Assembly: GCA_973895155.1 (NCBI GenBank)
Contig: OZ316897.1
Span: forward strand, 5,965,327-6,029,326
Direction: 5' to 3'
DNA from: Marsupella aquatica
Lineage: Eukaryota > Plantae > Marchantiophyta
DNA: 64,000 nucleotides
The notes beneath the pieces are model-generated. The model worked only from the letters and a program-made list of their open reading frames with translations. It was not told where the DNA came from and ran no database searches. The position numbers and the translations under genes were made by a program. Below, piece after piece: positions 38,701 through 52,559 of this stretch. Positions within the stretch are counted from its first letter, which is position 1. Each line of letters begins with the position of its first letter.

Positions 38701-41700
38701 TCGAGTTGACAGTGACATAGAAACATACCCCTCTTCCCCTTCCTCGTTTTTCACTAAAGAGCTGAAAACAGGACCCATTCCACCACGCTGAGAAGCATCT
38801 ACCTCAGCTTGATTTTGCGTTTTCTTATCAGTCTGTCAAACCCACAGAGGAGTGTAAGCTCAATGCACTACAACCACTACGCCACAAGGAATCGACTGGA
38901 AAAAGAAGAAGCAAAGTACACCAAAACGGGGAGGAAAAAATAGGTGCATGGGCTGAAGGCTTTACTTTCTCAGTGCCTTGAGCCCAACTGGGGCTGATCT
39001 CTGAAACCTCAGCAATATAGCGATGCATAGCCTCCTCCGAACCAATGTTTCCTAGCTTCTGCCAAGAATTCCTTGCACACGCCATCAAAAATGGTCCCTC
39101 CATCACTCAGGCATCCTGCCAGGGGGACTTCTGTCACCGACATTATTACACACATATCGTGGGATAGGTCTAAGGGATGTCTCCTATTTATATGTTCTTC
39201 TAGGATCGTGTACAGTGACGGGACTTTTCCATCATGAAGGAAACTAACGCCAATGACAAAGCAGAGTACTATGACTGTGAAACATCATACGAGGGACAAT
39301 AATCTTTAGAGCCAGCAAAACCACTGCTGTTAAGTTGTTCTGAGACGAAATGGGAAGAAAATTCGGAGGCATTCCAGCAAGGCATGATTGGTGTCAAGAG
39401 TGTTTACACCATCTTATGCGACACGTCTCATGTAACGACATTAAAGTGCAAACACACTTTTCCGGTTCCACCTGACCTTTACTTCCCAGAATTCCTTCTC
39501 AATAAATAAGAGTGCACTACATCTAATCGTGTCGTTCTGTCAGTGTCATCTGTAAGACTGAAGACAAGTAGAACCCAGATTAACACTTGAGCACGTATTA
39601 GATTGGAAAATAGCAAGGGAAACTACTCCTGGGAATAGAATTACAGTAGAAAGTTGATGTCATCCCAAAGGCTGTATCCACTTCCAAACCAGATACGAAC
39701 TATAGCATTTAAGCCGGATGGCCCCACGAGCAGAGAAATCAGGTAAAAGCCGCAAACGCACGATATTGATAATGAGAACCACTACCTTCCATACAGCTTT
39801 CACAATGTGACTAGATTTAGACCAAGTTTTGTCATCTAATTGCAACTGCTAGCATTCTGTCCATCACCTTTGTCACACTTGAATCAGGCATCAGTACGTC
39901 AGTTCAATACTTATTCTAGAGATCTTAATACTGTCGAGGGAATATCCTGCATTTGCTGCCAGATGTCTGACATGTGTCAAATGAGAAGTTTCCAACATTG
40001 TACATTGCTGCTTCCATGGCACTTGGGGAAAACAATGAGCCCCGGGACATTTTCACTATCTCATGCTGCCAAAGCCAATTTTTCTCACAAAACACTAAGT
40101 AACAGATACTTCAGCCACCCAAAACTCCACACAAAGATCCCCTGGGAATCTAAGAACCTGTTTTCTCAGCATTCAAGTTCTGTGAGAAACTATACGGGCA
40201 CCCCATCCGATGGGAAATGAGGAAAATCCGAAATTGGAATTTCCCTCAAATTCTCCCACTTTTTTGTTGTTCCAAGCAGTACTCATGCATGGGAACAACC
40301 TGAAAAAACAAAAACTTGAAAACAGGAACTGAAGGGAAACACCAAGCATTTCAGTTTAAAAATCTGAAGACCTGGTTGACTGCACTACACGCAATTGCTG
40401 TAGCAGCATTGATGTGGTGCCATTTGAGTTTCATGCCGAGCAGAACTCCTTTCACAAGGAGTTTCCTTAAGAGCTCCTAATCTTTCTCGTCAGCATATTA
40501 GCTACCAGAGAAAGGCTAGTTCCAAGATGCTTACATTTACTTTTGAATTAGCTTTAATGTGAATGTGAAGACCCTCCAATACTCTCTTCCTTGCGATTAT
40601 CTTCTGTCCAATCTTGCACTGTAAGCCGGTAGGCTTTTTCAGTGAAAATGAATCTCAGTCAAGAGGAGAGCAAACGGGAAGCACCGGGGGAGATTGCTAC
40701 TTCGGATTCATGCCTTGTATAACTCCTTTCATAGAAGTTTCCCTAAGAACTCCAAATCTTTCTCTTCATATTGCTACTTCAGATTCATGCCTTGTATAAC
40801 TCCTTTCATAGAAGCTTCCCTAAGAACTCCAAATCTGTCTCTTCAGCATATGAGCTACCGGATAAAAGGCTCGTTCCTGAATGCTAACATATGAATTTAT
40901 ATTAAGGCTTTATAGTAAGGATCCTCCCTAGTACTCTCCACACTTGACTGAGATACTCTCTCTCTGTACGAACATGTGCACTTGACTAGTATGATGGACA
41001 TCAAGCATGTGTGCATACCATTTCGCCCGGGCGGACATCTTGTAGGCTGATGGCTGAGGGGTTGCGCAAGGTCCTTCCGTCGCAGTCTTGTACAAGCCAT
41101 ACAAGAGCAGCTGAGTCTCAGTTGAAACCTTCAGGCCGGGCCCAACTGCTTGCGTAGCCACAAACGCCGCAGCAGCACCAAACCTTTCGTCTAATTCGGA
41201 GCTTTCTACGCCTTCCCACCCGTCGGAATCGGATAGTTCCCCTGGTGCCTCGATTGCTAGCTCAAATTTCTTATCCTCCTCGTCGGTTTTCACCTCAGCA
41301 TCCCTTTCAATTAAATCTTCCTCTGCAGTCTCTAATTTCACTTTATCTCCCCCTTCGTCCTCAACATCTGGGCTTACATTCGTCGTTGGTCTTTCACCAA
41401 CCAGAGGATCTAATCCAACAGCGGCATCTCTTTTATCTTTCACCGCTTCCTTGAAATCCGCGTTCAACGGCAGTCCAGTCACTTCAACTGCCACGGTCTT
41501 CTCTGCCTCTTCCCAGCCCTTATACTCGGACTTTTGATCCTCATCCCAGTTCTCCGACTCCGAAGCGCTACTGTTGTCCTCCACTACCACTTCCTCTACC
41601 TCTGGCGCTTCTCGCTCCACGTGCAGGTTCTCCCCCCGAAAGGAGATCACAAGCGACACCAGCTTTGCAACCATCAACGCGAATATTAATGCTATCACGG

Positions 41701-41731
41701 AAGCCTGAACGGCCTCCTGCCAGTCCGCCAT
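35738..41731 (-). CDS. ACBP1: Class II (ankyrin-repeat, membrane-anchored) acyl-CoA-binding protein, ACBP1/ACBP2-like, 426 aa; exons 41731-41019, 39071-38966, 38832-38729, 38342-38251, 36503-36406, 35905-35738
   Basis: N-terminal hydrophobic helix; DGWEGVESSELDERF; ACB motif LYGLYKTATEGPC..ARAKWNSWQKLG; MGPVFSSL; ankyrins IHICAREG, GRTALHWAVDRGH, GQTPLHYA; all introns GT-AG with consistent phases (1281 nt CDS). Confidence 0.95.
40693..40870. repeat. ~77-bp tandem duplication in ACBP intron 1, with an older copy at ~40430-40525
   Basis: attgctacttc.gattcatgccttgtataactcctttcatagaag..tccctaagaactccaaatct occurs twice. Confidence 0.85.
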
Positions 41732-42372
41732 ATCTTTGGAAGCCTCAACTCAGAATTCTTCCGTTGCCAGTCCTGAGGGTCTGCGGCAGTGGAAATCGTC
41801 CCTTGATTTCAATCAGATAGGAAGAAACGCCAGCAGAAACTCGCAAGCGTTTCTGTAAACCTTGCCTACAGAATTCCTACTTTCTCCACGAGAATGGAGT
41901 GAGCGACGAAGAATGCCGAGGGAGGAAGAGTAGAAACGAAATGACCATCCTTTGGCGCAAACGCAGGAAACCCAGAACATGGTGTTATATAGGTTATTTT
42001 CGGAAACCCCTAAGTAAATTCAAATGAGGGTCAAAAAGAAACATTGTGAAGGGTTTGTTGTCATAACAATTAGCTTGCATCCCCCAAATAGAAAAGTAGA
42101 AATCCACCTCATAGAAAATACAGAAAAGGTGGGAGGGGGTGGCTAAAGATTCAACTTGGCTTCATGAATTTGATCAGAAGCCCAAAAGACAAAGAAAAAA
42201 ATCACACACTAGAATCCATCCACTACTGTTAAAAAAGACAGGAAATTAGTTCGGCTACATTTTTTAGGCCTTGTTTGAGCTTGTGTTTTGAGAGGCTAAT
42301 ATGGTCCATAATGCTATGCTAGCACACATTAAAACCTTAAGATCTATGAGATATTTTCACTAATATTAGAAC

Positions 42373-42716
42373 AGTTGAGCATAGACTACATTCGTAATGG
42401 CAAGTCCATGAACCATCAAACGTACAATAGTCGACACAGAGAGATACTTGGTTCACCTCCACATGAGGCTACGTCCACAGGAAAACACAAGAGCTTTACT
42501 GCACTCTAGGCCGAACGGCCATTACCAAGCATCCACAGCACAAGCTCTCTCTATCTCTCAACTAGCTCCGTAACAATGAGCCTAAGTTCCACCCAGGGTC
42601 TGGCATCAGCCCTGGCTTAATACACAACAGTACTACCGCTAACATTAGCTAAGTCCTAACTCGAGTTAGACTAACTGTGGTTAGCTCATGAGTCACAAGA
42701 CGAGCAATATCTAACA
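42373..42716 (-). repeat. 3' LTR of the copia element
   Basis: homologous to 85-577; begins TGTTAG on the minus strand directly after the PPT. Confidence 0.85.
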
Positions 42717-42728
42717 AACTCCCCCTTG
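42717..42728 (-). promoter_or_regulatory. Polypurine tract
   Basis: AAGGGGGAGTT on the minus strand immediately before the 3' LTR. Confidence 0.85.
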
Positions 42729-42923
42729 ACTCTTGTCTTGGGGACTAGACTAAATGCTACCATATGGAATCCTCAGCGGGAAGTTCTAGACAATCACCAA
42801 ACCAGGTCTCCCCCTAAAAACCACAAGGGTTAACTAAGGGTTAACTAGAACTAAGTCGTAGCCAAACAGGAATGAATAATCCATATACAAATAGTCATAT
42901 ATTGCTAAATAACTCTACTTGTA

Positions 42924-45900
42924 CTACAACTGCAAAACCTGCAAAGTATCATGGTGTCTTGAGAAACTCTCCAAAGGAATCACTTTGGTAAAGGCATCAG
43001 CGGGATTGAGCTTTCCATCAATCTTGACTAGCTCAAAAATTTTATCAGACACTGCTTGCCTAATAAAATGGTACCTGATATCAATGTGCTTCACCTTGCT
43101 ATCCATCACCTGGTTAGCAACCAAGTGAAGAGCACTCTGACTATCACAGTTTAGAGTCATTTTGCCATGCTCTAAACCCATCTTCGCGATCAACTTGTCC
43201 AACCAAATTGCTTCATTTGCTGCTTTTGCTGCTGCAACATATTCTGCTTCTATAGTAGATTGAGATATACACTTCTGCAAGGTAGATTTCCAACTAATAC
43301 ATCCTCCTCCAAGAGTAAATACAAACCCAGTTGTAGACCTCTTTATATCCAAACAGCCTCCATAGTCAGAATCTACATAGCCAACTAACGTTCTATCTGA
43401 TCTGTTATCAAATAGTAATCCATAGTCCCGTGTTCCCTTCAGATACCTGAGAATTCACTTCACAGCTTCCCAATGTACCTTCCCTGGATTGACATGAATC
43501 TGCTAACCTTGCCCATCGCTAGGGCCAAGTCAGGCCTAGTACAAGTCATCAAATACATCAGACTGCCTACTGCCTTCTCATAAGGAATCTTAGATATCAG
43601 ACCTTTCTCCACAGCATCCGTAGGAGAGAAAGCCGATGATAACTTGAAATGTGAAGCTAAAGGAATACTCACTGGCTTATAGTTTTCCATGTTGAATTGT
43701 GCAAGTACTTTCCTCGCATACTGGCTAGTTTCAGAGTTCCTAAGAATCTCTATTCCTAAAAATCTCCATCCCTAAGATCCTCTTGGCCTTACCAAGATCC
43801 TTCATCCTAAATTCAACACTCAATTTTGCTTTGAGACTATCAACCTTAGATTGATCTTTAGCCACAATCAACATGTCATCCACATAGATCACCAGAATGA
43901 TGAAACCAAATACATCATTCTTGACTGATTTTGTATACACACAAGGATCATACACCATCATTGTATAACTTTGAGCAAGCATGAAATCATCAAACTGCTT
44001 GTTTCACTATCTGGGAGATTGCTTCAATTTATACAAGGACTTGAGCAATCTGCAAACTAAGTTCTCTTGGCCCTTCTTCATAAAGCCTAGTGGCTGTCTC
44101 ATGAAGATCATCTCTTCTAAGTTACCATAGAGAAAAGCAGTAACAACATCCATCTGATCCATCACCAGACCAAAAAATACAACAAGCTGACACAAGATCC
44201 GAATTGTGGAATACTTAGCCACCGATGAAAAAACCTCATTGTAATCCACTCCTTTCTTCTGAGTGAATCCCTTGGCAACAAGCCTTGCCTTGTAGATCTT
44301 ATCTCCACCCTCTGAAGGACTGTCCTTCAACTTGTAAATCCACTTGCTCCCACCACTTGCTGATCTCTTGGAAACTCCACCAACTCCCATGTCTTGTTGT
44401 CACTCAAAGATTGCAACTCCCTCTGCATTGCTGCATTTCACTCATGCTTCTGCTCTGAAGCACAAGCCTCACTGTACGAAGAAGGTTCTCCTTCTTCCAA
44501 GATCAAAGCCATATCATATCATCAGGTGCAATGTCAATATCATCTAGCTTAGATGAGTCTGCCCATTGACCATACCTGGTAAGAGCTCTAGTAGAACGAC
44601 TGGAATTTCTTCTAGTAGATGATTAAGGTTGATCTAATGTTGCTACTGGCTGAATTTGAGGTACCCCAACAACAATCTGCTCCTCTTGTTCCATCACATG
44701 AACCAACTCCAAGCTCGGAGCTTCTCCATCTCTCCTGTCATGAACAACATCATGACTGATCTCCCCCCTCAACCAGGTCCGAGATGGGAGATTTCCCCTT
44801 GTCAGTATGGGAGTCTCTCCCCCTCCTTTGATGATCTGGATTCATTAAAGGACACATCTTTACTAACAATTAGTTTACAGGTTACTGGATCCCATAACCT
44901 ATAACCCTTCAGACCTTTTTGATAGCCAAGGAAAATGCACTTCTTTGACTTGGACTCTAGCTTGGATCGAAGCTGGGAAGGTGTAAGCACATAAGTATCA
45001 CATCCAAAAATCCTCAAATGTGAGTAATCTGTTGGACGCCCGTACCTCATTTCAAATGGTGTCTTGAATCCAATAGAACTGGATGGAGAAAAATTTACCA
45101 AATAAGCTGTAGTGTTGACAACTTCAGCCCAAAACTCATGTGGTAAGCATGATTGACTCAACATACTCCTCGAGCGGTCCAATAGTGTTTGGTTGAGTCT
45201 CTCAGAAACACCATTCTACTGAGGAGTATAACTTGTTGTGAGATGGTGGGTAATCCCTTGCTCCTTACGATATGTTCCAAATTCCCCAAAACTGTATTCA
45301 CTACCATTATCCGATCAAAGATATCTCACCTTATTACCAGTCTGATTCTCTACTTGGGCTTTCCACTCCTTAAAAATGGCAAAAACATCAGACTTACTAT
45401 GTAGAAAGTATATCCACACATACCTTGAGTAATCGTCAATAAACGTGACATAGTATAACCGTCCAGAATGTGAGGGAGTAGGGGCTGGACCTCACATATC
45501 ACTATGTACATACTCAAGTACCTCCTTGCTGGTGTGAGTTCCAACTCCGAAGGATTTCCTGTGCTGCTTCCCCAGCACACAGTGCTCACAGAATTCCAAC
45601 TTACAAGAATGTAAATTAGAAAGTAATCTTTTTTTCTGAAGAATAGTCAAACCTTTTTCACTCATGTGGCCCAAATGGAAGTGTCACAGTCGGGTTGTCT
45701 CCTCATGAGATAAGGTTACATTGGCTTCATCACAGACGACACTGCCCTCCAAAATGTATATAGATTATTATGTCTCTTTCCCTTCAATACAACTTTAGTA
45801 CCAGTTGAAACCTGAAGGACACCATTAGCAGAACTCCACTGATGGCCATTTGCTTCTAAAACTCCAAGTGAAATGAGATTTTTCATCATGCTGGGAATAT

Positions 45901-46990
45901 GTCTTACATTCCTCAACGTTCTTACAGCATCATCAAACATCTGAAATCTTACAGATCCAAGTCCAACAACTTGACATGGGATTTCATTTCCCATCAACAC
46001 TGACCCATTGGAAACCATGTAAGAAGTGAAAAAATCTTTCCTAAAGCAAATGTGAAAAGTACATGCACTATCTAGAATCCAGTCATCACTACCTGGATTT
46101 GACATTACGTTGAGCATAACCTTGGCATCACAATATATCATCATCATCGAGTAAATCTACCTCGATCATGCAAACTCGATGCCACGTTGGCAGATGGAGT
46201 AGGGTTCTTTACTCGACAATCCCTTTTCATGTGGTCTGGCTTGCCACAATTCCAACATGCAAGAGGCTTCCTCTCTTGCGATTTCCCTCTGGATTTAGAT
46301 CTCCCCCGTGATGTAGATCTAAACCTGTTGTCCATTTAAGCGCTGCGCTTCTCTCCCACGGTTCATGTTCAGTGCAGTGTTAGAAGAAGATGCTGTTTGT
46401 GATTGACCCAGCTTCTTCTGAGCATCATCAGACAGTAAAGAGCTCACCACCTCATTATACAAAATGGACTTTAGATCTCTATACAAGAGCACTTGTTTCA
46501 AGCCCTGACAAGATGGCGGTGAGGAGCTTAGCAGAAGCAAGGTCTTATCCTCATCTTCAACTCCTTTTCCCATATTTGACAGATCCACTACTAGATTGTC
46601 AAACTCATCCAGGTGATCCTACAGCTTGCTCCATTCCTTGAGCCTGAGGCTCATCAAAAGAGACTTCTTGTACAGTCGGTCTGACGCATCTTCCCAATAG
46701 TACTTCTTTCTTAAAGCTTTGAACAGTGATGCATAGTCGTCATAATCATCTAGTTTCTTGATGATATGTGGCTTGAGGTATAGCATCACTACATTGACAG
46801 CAATCACCTGCTCCTATCTCCACTGCTTCACAAAAATCTCCTCCTCTCCATCATACTGCTCTCGTGAAGAAAGTAGATGAGCTAAGCCCATGGCCCGAAG
46901 AATACCCTTCACTTGCTTCTCCCACAGCAAGTAATCAATACGACCATCGTACTTCTCCACCTCAAACTTCAATCCTCCAAATCTAGTCAT
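42924..46990 (-). pseudogene. Copia gag-pol, frameshifted
   Basis: FEVEKYDG gag start; CWNCGKPDHMKRDC knuckle; WILDSACTFH protease; GHMSEKG/CEHC; FWAEVVNT integrase; YKARLVAKG, YVDDML RT; KHIDIRYHFIR RNase H. Confidence 0.92.
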
Positions 46991-48322
46991 CTTCCTCTTC
47001 TTCCCCACTACCAATAGCTCTGGTAGTAGGACAGCTTCCTCCACTGCACGGTTTATTTTCTTCCCTGGTAGGAGAGGGAAATGAATCATCAAGGGGTGAT
47101 AGAGTGGTGTCTTCAATGGAGGAAAATGGATCTGGAGGGGGTATTGGTGAAGGGGGTAAAGGCTGAGGGGTAGGAGATGGAGGATGCTCAGGTGTAAATG
47201 TAGGAGGGATAGGGGAATTGATAATAGGGGAAGGAATGGGATCAGATAGAGGGGGTGTAGGTGAGGATGGAGGAGGGAGTGAAGGATCATCAATAGGTAC
47301 CTCCTGCTCATCTACATCCATAGGGTGATCAGGCTGTGGTGAAGGTGCAGGGGGTGAAACATGAGGGGGTGGGGAGGTACGAGACTTGGAAAGCAAAGCA
47401 CGAATACAGTCAAGTAATTGCAGAGGGGTACAACTCAAGAGTCTAGTGGCCTCGTCTACCAAATGCTAGTTGAAACCAGCCACACTAGCTAGTCTCTCGG
47501 CATCACCAACAAAATTAGTCCACGACGGGTAAGAAGTGGAAGCAACAAAAGCGAGAGAAGTCATTCTGGTAAATCCGGTGCTGTCGTCTGCTCCACTGGA
47601 GTGGGTCTCGGAGATGTCATCGCTGGTGGAGTCAACTCTCTTGCTAACTCTGGCTGAGGGAGCTCAAAGTGTCTCGCTCTCCTCCTCCAATCGCTCAGCT
47701 CCACTGGTAACAAGCAGAGTCTTGAAAAGTAAATGTGCACCAAGTAGGGTGTCAGATAGGTATCACCTGTAGTAGACAAGATAGCCACCTGCTTGGCAAT
47801 CACCTTCGAAAGAGCTAAGGCCCAGTTGATCCTCCTCTTGCCAGTCCATGAAATGATGATAGAGCTAGTCAAGTAAACCATAGCCCTGGTGGGTTTGGTC
47901 GGATGAAAGATAGGTACAAGGAATCGAAGTAGATGAGCTAACTCCCGGTTCCTGCACTGATCAATCTTCCAACCAGACCTCCGGTCCCTGGTACCTCTAA
48001 AGTAGGGGACAGTCAAGTCCTCCCCAATAGAAATCAGTCTCTCTCCCTCTTGGCTCAACTGGTACACCTCAGAAACAATGGTGGCAGTACAAACATCAGT
48101 TGAACCTCTAGTAGAGCTCCGGAAAGCGCCAGCTTGGGGTGGACAAAGAAAATCGGCAATGATGGACCCATGCACCATATCCCAAGGAAGAAAAAGTCGG
48201 GGAAAAAGTAAGGAACTCAAGCCCATCTCTACCAGGTTACTAAGGAGTCTAAAGTAAGCCTTAGGACCTGGGGGTAAGGTAACCCTAATGGCCTTATTGA
48301 TTGGTAAGCTTCTGGTGGCCAT
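46983..48322 (-). pseudogene. Extra sense ORF(s) upstream of copia gag: accessory domain (253 aa) plus a Pro-rich segment (159 aa)
   Basis: ORFs 47561-48322 and 46983-47462 lie between the PBS region and gag; motif SGWKIDQCRNRELAHLLRFL..INWA..YLTPYLVHIY. Confidence 0.7.
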
Positions 48323-49604
48323 AGCTCAGAAAATCTGAGAAAGCTTGAGAGCTCTCTTCCTAAAACCGGTTAAGCATTGAGGCTCAAGAATGAAATCTCA
48401 GGGATCTAAGGTAGCTGTGCTGCTGTGGGAGAAGAAATGAAGTAAAAAGAGATAGAAATGAAGGAGTACTTTTTGATCAGGCAAAGCTCTCAAAATTGCA
48501 ATTTCTTCAATTCCAAGAAATCAGAGAGCATTGATGACCCAATACTCCTCAATGTCTTATTAATGGCAGTTCAGAATTGGGGTGAACATTCTCTAGGCAG
48601 TTGCACTGCTATAGCAAGTGAAACGAGCTTGAATGGAGGTCTAACGAGTGAGCACTTAGGGTCGAAGCTTGTGCCCTACTGCCGGCCTCCATGGACGTCC
48701 CTCAAAGAAAAGAAGAAAAATGTGATCAGGCCGATGCGGACGTCAAATTAAGTTGTGGCGGGGTGGACGTCCCGGACGTCCCTACGTAGAGGCCGTTGTC
48801 CGGGTGACCGTGTTTTTTGGCAAGAGTATGTTGGCTCTTTTGAAGTTAACCTTGCATGCTCATAAGTTCTACACTAAAATCAAAATGATAATTCTAGTAA
48901 CAAGGGTAGTGGATATTAAGAAAGGTTCAGGTGAAACTAAAATACTGTTAAACCCTACTTCACCATACTTGCGGACCAACACATCACGAAAATTAGTTTT
49001 CTTACGACATATGATCCTAATATCTCTAAGAGAAAATGAAATATGAATATCATCTGGAGTCCTATTCAGATCCATGACTTCAATAAAGGACAAAGATGAT
49101 GAACTCCCACTTCTCTCGGTACGACACCACTAGGTATATTATTGGCTCATTAGAAACCATAATAGCAGTTGTAAATTGAGCTCCAAAATGATAGGTTAGA
49201 TATTGCCTCATAGATGGTGTCTAAAAGATGGACTCTAATCAAAAACGGATTACGAAGGGGAAGATCAGGGATAACTCTCTCTTCTGGATTCATGATGGCT
49301 CTCCTATTCCTTTGCTATCCGGGCCAAAGGACGCCCCACTCCTATATTCCCAAAGAAACCTTATTCCCTAAGGTCCCATCTATAAGTCTACCACTAATTC
49401 CTTTGCTATCCGGACCAAAGGACGCCCCACTACTATGTTCAAGGCACAAAAGAGCTTCACAACCTTGAATGATAAACACTGCGGAATGAGGGGAGAGTGC
49501 CCCTCACCACTTTATTTATAGTGCACACCAAGAGGGCATGGATCAAGCCCAAGCACTTGGATGAAGGCCAAGTGTCAAACATCTAATACCTAAGAATGTG
49601 TTAG

Positions 49605-49825
49605 TACTGTTCATAGTTGGTGAAACTACTTTTAGTAGGTGGAACTACCATGCATTGGTGGAACTACTATGCGTTGGTGGACCTACTATACGTTGGTGGA
49701 CCTACTGTGCGTTGGTAGAACTACTATGCGGTGGTGGACCTACTGTGCGTTGGTAGAACTACTATGCGTTGGTGAATATTATTGTAGTTGGTGGAACTAC
49801 TCATATGCATTGGTGGAACTACTAT
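49605..49825. repeat. ~21-bp tandem array (~10 units)
   Basis: tgcgttggtgga(a/c)ctacta units. Confidence 0.9.
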
Positions 49826-49989
49826 AGTCCGTTAATATAGCTAAAGAAGTTTAATAAAGTTTAAATTTAATAATCTAACTACTAAATTACTTATATAATC
49901 TATAGCATATTAAAACAAACAATTTTTTATAACTTAAGAGAAAATCACAACACATCACCTCTACCAAACCTGTGCATCCTCCGGTATGC

Positions 49990-51770
49990 ACCACACCTAG
50001 AATCGCTACATGTCTTCTTCATCTAAAGCCTCATAGTCGTCGGGTTCAAACTCTTCCTCTGTCACAAATCGAGTTCGTCGTTTAAACAATTTCACTCGCT
50101 TCTCTACATAGGGATTGCGATGAATTGCTCCATCAAGTTCTTTTACCACATATATTGCATTAGGACGAACCTCCTCCACCACAAATGGTCATCTCCAACG
50201 ATGTGCAAACTTCTTCAGAGTAGAATGTTGTTATTCCAACCCTCCCTCATAGATCAAGACCCAATCTCCATTCTGGATGGGAATTGGTCTCAAACGATGG
50301 GTCTTGTCAAATCGTTCCTTATTCTTCTCACGAGCCTCCTTTAGCCTTAGTAACGCCTCCTCAATCTTCTCCTTGGTCTGGCTAAAGTGCTCAATCCTTC
50401 GCTCCAGCAACTTTTCTCGGGAGATTCTATCTTGCCATTCAATCATCCTCCAACTCTGAACATTTTCCTCAATCGGTATCAAAGGCAAATATCCAGAGAC
50501 TAATTTGGCAGGCGTAATTCCTGTTGTGGTAGTGCATGTCATTCGATCTGCCAAAAGAGCAAATGGTAGAAGATTGGGCCAAAGCGATGGTTTTCCTCGG
50601 CAAGATTTCACCAAGGCATTCACTATCGGTGGGTGCCCTCGCTCAATCTTTCCATTTCCTTCTGGGTTGTAGGCAGTAGTGAGTTTGAGCTTGATGTTGA
50701 ACCGGTCAAAAATTCTGCAGCCTCTTCAGAATTCAGCTCTCCTCTATCTGCTCTCATTTGCACAAAACAACCATGACGTGCTATAACGACTTCAAGTATG
50801 AACCTGCATACTGCTTCTGTAGTGTTAGAGGTTAAAGCCCTTCCTTCAACATAAGAAGATAAATCTTCTCTTGCAAGGACAAGGTATTTTGCCCCCCTAA
50901 TTCCCCATGGCATGTGCACCACATCTAGTGGGATTAAGTCCATCTCTAAACCGAACTTTAGAGTAATACTGACAACTCTCACAAGATCCAACATAGAATT
51001 TTACATTCACATACATGCCTGACCACCAGTACCACCTTTGAACCCGCTCATAGGTAGCTCTAACTCCTCGATGTCCTGCTTCAACAGCATAATGAGAATC
51101 CCATAAGACTCTCTTCTTCTCTTCATCTGTATCAAGAACTCTACAAGGAACATGTCCTTTCTTCAAAGACCTTCTCCATAAAACACCATCCTTGAGCATG
51201 AACTTGTAAGCCTTCTTCCGTAATTGTTGAAACTTCTCTTCTATCATTTCAACAGGCCTTTGAAGAGTACTAAGGTACCTTCCAATCAAGAGCAACTCTC
51301 CAGAATAGAGCTCCTCTTGAAATGTTAAGACCTCAAACTCTCCATTCATCACTTGAACTGCCTCCACTTCATTCTGATCATAGCGGGCTCTTGAAAGCAT
51401 ATCTGCTATTGGATTATCTTTTCCAGCAATGTGTCGAAGCTCGGGGTTGATCATCCTAATAAAAGCTATCCAACGTAGCATAGCAATGTCTGGAGTATCA
51501 CAGTTAACAATCATCCCTAAAAGTGGTAAACAATCAGTCTCAAGAATGACTTGTGCTCCAATCAAGTAGACTTTTTCTTGACACAAGGCTATCCTTGCTC
51601 CCCACAACTCTCGCTTGATTTGAGGGTAATGCCTTTGCCTTGCTGAAAAGATCTTAGCTCCAAACCTTGCTGCAAATCTTCTCCCCTCCTCATCATCCTG
51701 CCCTACCGCCCATCCTGCCCTACCGCCCATCCAGCAGGATCAGGACTTGAATCTACAGTGACAATGATGG
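49990..51770 (-). pseudogene. Ty3/gypsy RNase H and integrase fragment
   Basis: YPQIKREL, LETDCLPL, HIAGKDNPIADMLSR, H..GHRG..WW..C..CQ zinc finger, AREDLSSYVEGRAL, ADRGE. Confidence 0.9.
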
Positions 51771-52559
51771 ATCTTCCATCATAGCATAAGGGACATAAAA
51801 CAAGGGGGCTAAGTAAATCATAGCATAAGGGACGTAAAACAAGGCCGTCTTGACGCTTACTATGTGAAAACCAGGGTGGCCTTGACGTCTTCCAATGGTA
51901 TCCTTACCCATTTGAGCTTAAACTAACTTAATTTTGCTTAAAGGGGCTTATAAGAACTTTAAAAATTTAAAAATGTATGGTTTTGATACTTTAACTCTCC
52001 TTTTGGAATAATCACCTAATTACATCTTATGAATGAGTACATACTATGTTCAATTTGCTTATATCATGTTTTGTTTCATGTGGAGTGCTCATGAATTGAC
52101 TCTCTCTCCTCATTCACTGTTTACATTGCTATAATTCATTACTAGATTAGTTATGGTTATAACTTCCCTAAATTTCATCTCAACCTTATTAGTTATAAGA
52201 ATGACTATATAGAGACCCAAATGATTGTTTAGTGTGACCGGACCAGGGTCTCCCTTGGTCTATTTTGTGACACTAAAATGCCACAAGGTAGTCGCTGTTA
52301 ATGGCAAGTAAGTCACGGATATGACTTACCCTGTGACTAATTTAAGTCACATTATAGTCACTTATAAACAAGGCTAGACTCCATGATAGAGTCACGGAAG
52401 AGTCACAAATGGGTATCAAGCAAGTCACAATTCCATGTATCAATAGTGACTACTATTTTTGGGTCTCAACTTTTGCAACTCCAAGGGTCACAGCATGGGT
52501 CACGTCACGTTGAGTCACAATGAAGTCACATGAGCCAAAATGAGTCACATATTGCGGTC

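Larger units (their letters stand above)
42373..48861 (-). mobile_element. Ty1/copia retrotransposon, 5'-truncated at the PBS
   Basis: 3' LTR 42373-42716; PPT; gag-PR-IN-RT-RH domain order; sequence breaks after gcatgctc, where the left-edge copy continues into the PBS. Confidence 0.9.

Noticed and set aside
40928-41018. C-terminal extension of the 267-aa ORF
   Set aside because: Read-through into intron 1; the GT donor at 41018 splices in frame to exon 2
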